Shown here: in pieces, positions 60,137 through 64,000 of the stretch | How the letters are laid out: every line of letters starts with the position of its first letter | How positions within the stretch are numbered: position 1 is the stretch's first letter | Assembly: GCA_038087875.1 (NCBI GenBank) | Contig: CM076000.1 | Location: 1,674,001-1,738,000 of the forward strand | DNA length: 64,000 nt | DNA from: Malacoraja senta | Taxonomy: Eukaryota | Reading direction: 5' to 3' | The notes under the pieces: generated by a model | What the model was told of the DNA's origin: nothing | The model's input: the letters and a program-made list of their open reading frames with translations, nothing else | Database searches by the model: none | Translations under genes and position numbers: made by a program

Positions 60137-63100
60137 ATGCAAGACGATAGGCAAATAAAGAATGGAGGAATCACATTCTGTAGTTGGAATATAAGGGGTG
60201 CCAATGAACCAATAAAGAGGGGTAAAATTTTTGCTCACCTAAAATCTTTGAAAAGCGACATAATTTACTTGCAAGAAACTCACATGAAACAGGAAACACA
60301 AATGAGATTAAAGGCGAAGTGGATAGGCCAAACATATTATTCATTTACTTCTAAATCTAGAGGTACGGCTATTCTTATTCGAAAAGGTATACCGTTCAAA
60401 TTAAAGAATACTATATCAGATAAAGAGGGAAGGTATATCATAGTTTCGGGAGAAATTTATGCTACCCCAATAACTATGGTAAATATTTACGCTCCGAATT
60501 TTGATAACCCTCAATTCTTTGAGAAAATTATAGATATAATACTGGAGTTTAATTATCAAAATGTCATAATAGGAGGGGATTTCAACTGTGTTTTAGATCC
60601 ATACTTAGTCAAATCAGCAAAACAAAGAAGGAGTAATATAAAATCTAAGACTAGTGAATTTCTAAATACATATATAAAAAATACTAACATAACAGATGTA
60701 TGGAGATCTGCTAACCCAGCAGGAAGGAAATACTCGTTTTACTCTTCGGTACATAAAACATACTCAAGAATTGATTATTTTTTAGTGGATAGGAAATTAA
60801 TGCCATATATAATTAACCCAACTTACCATATTAGTAGTATTTCTGATCACTCTCCATTGACTTTTTTAGTAAAATTTGAAGGAATGCCGGGAAAGAATTT
60901 TTTTGGGGGGTTTAATACATATATATTAAATGACTTACAGGGTTATCAATATTTGAAACAACAAATGATATCATTTTTTGAGATAAATGATACACCAGGT
61001 ACCTCACGTTCTTTAATATGGGAAACTTTTAAAGCATTTATTAGAGGAATTATAATTTCATATGAAATTTTTCAAAATAAGAAGAATAAAACAGAACAGA
61101 TGCTGTTAGAACAAGAAATAAGACAGTTAGAGTTAGATAATGCTAAAGATCCCACTATAGATAAACATAATAAGATAATACTACTGAAATTTAAACTTAA
61201 CCGAATTCTCTCGGCAAGAGTAATAAGATTATTCCAAATTACAAAACAGGAACATTTTGAGTTTGGTGACAAACCACATAAGCTGTTGGCGCGTCAATTG
61301 AAAAAACAGGAAAAGGAAAATACTATAAATAAAATTAAATCCGAGAATGGTGAATTACTAACACTACCTAAAGATATCAATAAAAGATTTGCTCAATTTT
61401 ATCAAAATTTATACACATCAAAAACCAAAACAGAAGATAGTAAAATCACAAACTTTTTAGATAAATGTAATCTACCAAAACTTGACCTTTTGGAACAAGA
61501 AGAACTAGGAGCGCAAATTACAATCGAAGAAATAGGTGAAACAATAAAATCGCTGAAAAATGGTAAGACCAGATGGTTTTAGTAATGAATTTTATAAAAA
61601 GTTTCATGAGATAATGACCCCCTATCTATTTAATTTATATACTTACGTTTTTAAAGAAAATAAACTACCTGAAACATTAGCAGAATCAACTATTACGCTT
61701 ATTCCAAAGAAAGATAAAGATCTAGAGGAACCGGGCTCATATAGAGCTATATCACTTTTAAATACAGACCAGAAAATTCTAGCAAAGACTTTAGCTAGAA
61801 GACTAAGCAAATATATTAGTAAATTGATAAACCCTGATCAAACGGGGTTTATACCCAAAAGATATTCATTTAATAATTTGAGACGCCTGTTTAATATAAT
61901 GTACTCACATAAAGTGGAGGAAAAAGACTTAGCAATTATTTCTTTGGACGCAGAGAAAGCATTTGATCAGGTAGAATGGCAGTATTTATACAAAGTATTA
62001 CAAAAATTTAATATGGGAGAGAATTTTATTGCATGGGTGAAATTATTATATGATAAACCGATGGCAAGAATATTAACTAACAGCATGTTATCTCAAAAAT
62101 TTCAATTATCAAGGGGTAATAGGCAGGGATGTGCTTTATCACCCCTGCTATTTGCCCTTATGATAGAACCTCTGGCTGAATGTATAAGAAGCCATCCGAA
62201 TATTCAGGGTTATAATACTAGGGACTCAAATAATAAAATTTCATTGTATGCAGATGATATTTTGTTATATATAACAAATTCACAAATGAGCATACCAAAT
62301 TTATTAAATTTAATAGAGGAATTTGGGTCCTTTTCTGGATATAGAATAAACTGGAACAAAAGTGAAATCATGACGTTAAAACCTCAAGAATCCACACACT
62401 TATTGAAATTCCCCTTTAAAATAGCAACAGAAAAATTCAAATATTTGGGTATTCAGATTACTAGAAAACATAAAGCTTTATTCAATGCCAATTTTATACC
62501 CTTAATAAATAAACTTAATATAATGATAAAATTTTGGAAAACACTCCCTTTATCATTAATAGGCAGAATAAATGCTATTAAAATGAGCTTCCTACCACAG
62601 TTATTATACCTATTTCAATCTATACCAGTATATGTACCAAAATATTTTTTTTCTAAACTGAACGCTAATATTACTAATTTTGTTTGGGATTATAAATCAC
62701 ATAGAATTAAAAAAGAACACTTATGTAAACCAAAAGATGTCGGGGGACTTTCACTCCCAAATTTTTTGTATTACTATTGGGCAATACATATTAAGAATAT
62801 AATTTACTGGTTGGATAGTTCAACTCAACAGACAGAATGGATAAAAATGGAGAAAGAGGATTGTTATCCTTGTAATATAGAACAATCCTCTTCTCCCCGA
62901 AAAAAATGAACAATACAATATATAAGAAAAACCCAATTATACAAGATACAATAAGAATATGGAAACAAATAAAATTATCCTTAAAATTAAGAAACCTATC
63001 ATTGTTAACACCGATAGCGAATAATCCTTTATTTAAACCATCTATGATGGATAAAATATATAATCAATGGGAAAGTTTAGGAATTAAAAGGATCGGGGAC

Positions 63101-63934
63101 ATGTATGAAATGGGAGATTTATTATCATTTCAACAATTACAATTAAAATTTAAACTGAAAAACACTCATTATTTTAAATATTTTCAGATTTGTAATTTTT
63201 TGAAGACATACATACAGGGATATCAAAAAATAACTCCTGATTTACTAGAAGAAGTAATGAATATAAAAGCTGATACACAAAAATTAATATCATATTTATA
63301 TAATAGTATCTTAAATATAGATTTACCTGTGACCGAGGTAATTAGAGAAGAGTGGGAACGGGAATTATTGATAAAAATTACGAAGGCTACATGGGAAAAG
63401 TATTTGACATACATTCACAAGTGTTCGATTAACGCAAGACATAATCTAATCCAATTTAAAATTTTACATAGATTATATTACTCAAAAACAAGATTAAATA
63501 AATTTTATCCAAATATATCGCCCATTTGCGATAAATGTTTAACCCAAGACGCAACTAGCACACACTCTTTTGTTTCTTGTATAAAACTTCATGGATTTTG
63601 GAGTGATATTTTCGAAATATTTACAAAACTATTTAAGACAAAAATGGAACCCAATAATGAATTGATTATATTTGGGGTAATGGAAGACGGGAACAAATTG
63701 AGCTCATCTCAAAAGTCAATTTTTAATTATGGTTTAATAATAGCAAAAAAATTAATATTGAAATTTTGGAAAAATACACCAATACCAACGCTCAAAATGT
63801 GGATTGCAAGTATGTTGGATACCGCACATCTTGAGGAAATGCGATTCCTACTAATAGATAAATTTGACCAATTCATAACGAGTTGGTCTCCATTTGTCGT
63901 CTTTTTGGAAACATATGTTGCAAAACAGGTGTAA
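60137..63934 (+). mobile_element. L1-clade LINE ORF2, near complete (APE endonuclease, RT, C-terminal zinc knuckle), two frameshifts; ORF1 absent
   Basis: SWNIRG, LQETH, NIYAPN, GGDFN, SRIDYF, SDHSP; SLDAEKAFD, RGNRQGCALSP, SLYADD; CDKC...HSFVSC. Frame changes near 61570 and 62880. The 3' UTR runs off the window. Confidence 0.97.
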
Positions 63935-64000
63935 AAGCTAATCCGTGACTGCGGATGGTCAAGATTATAAATGATCTCCTTCTATTTTCTTTTCTTCTCT

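Overview
Eukaryotic, AT-rich and repeat-dense genomic DNA. The repeat inventory (tRNA-derived SINEs with CR1-like tails, CR1, Rex1, Penelope, fish-type L1, Vingi) points to a cartilaginous fish, most likely a skate or ray; this is an inference. The only host gene I can support is MICU2 (mitochondrial calcium uptake 2) on the minus strand. Four internal exons have canonical AG/GT boundaries and consistent phases (20316-20228, 4513-4342, 2780-2672, 1629-1472) and splice into the C-terminal EF-hand half of the protein. The terminal exon appears to lie left of the window, and I could not find the upstream exons between 20.3 and 64 kb. Everything else appears intronic or intergenic and is largely mobile DNA, often nested with readable target-site duplications (TSDs): Penelope elements with hammerhead-ribozyme cores, three non-autonomous Helitrons with unrelated cargo (one with an exon-like fragment), a CGGBP1/hAT19-like transposon, several MITEs, a deleted CsRN1-like Gypsy LTR element, two Vingi-like LINEs and a near-complete L1 ORF2. 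Most short ORFs in the track are repeat-derived or spurious. I see no prokaryotic system, CRISPR array, rRNA or tRNA gene. I cannot claim a new biological system; the best leads are listed as findings.
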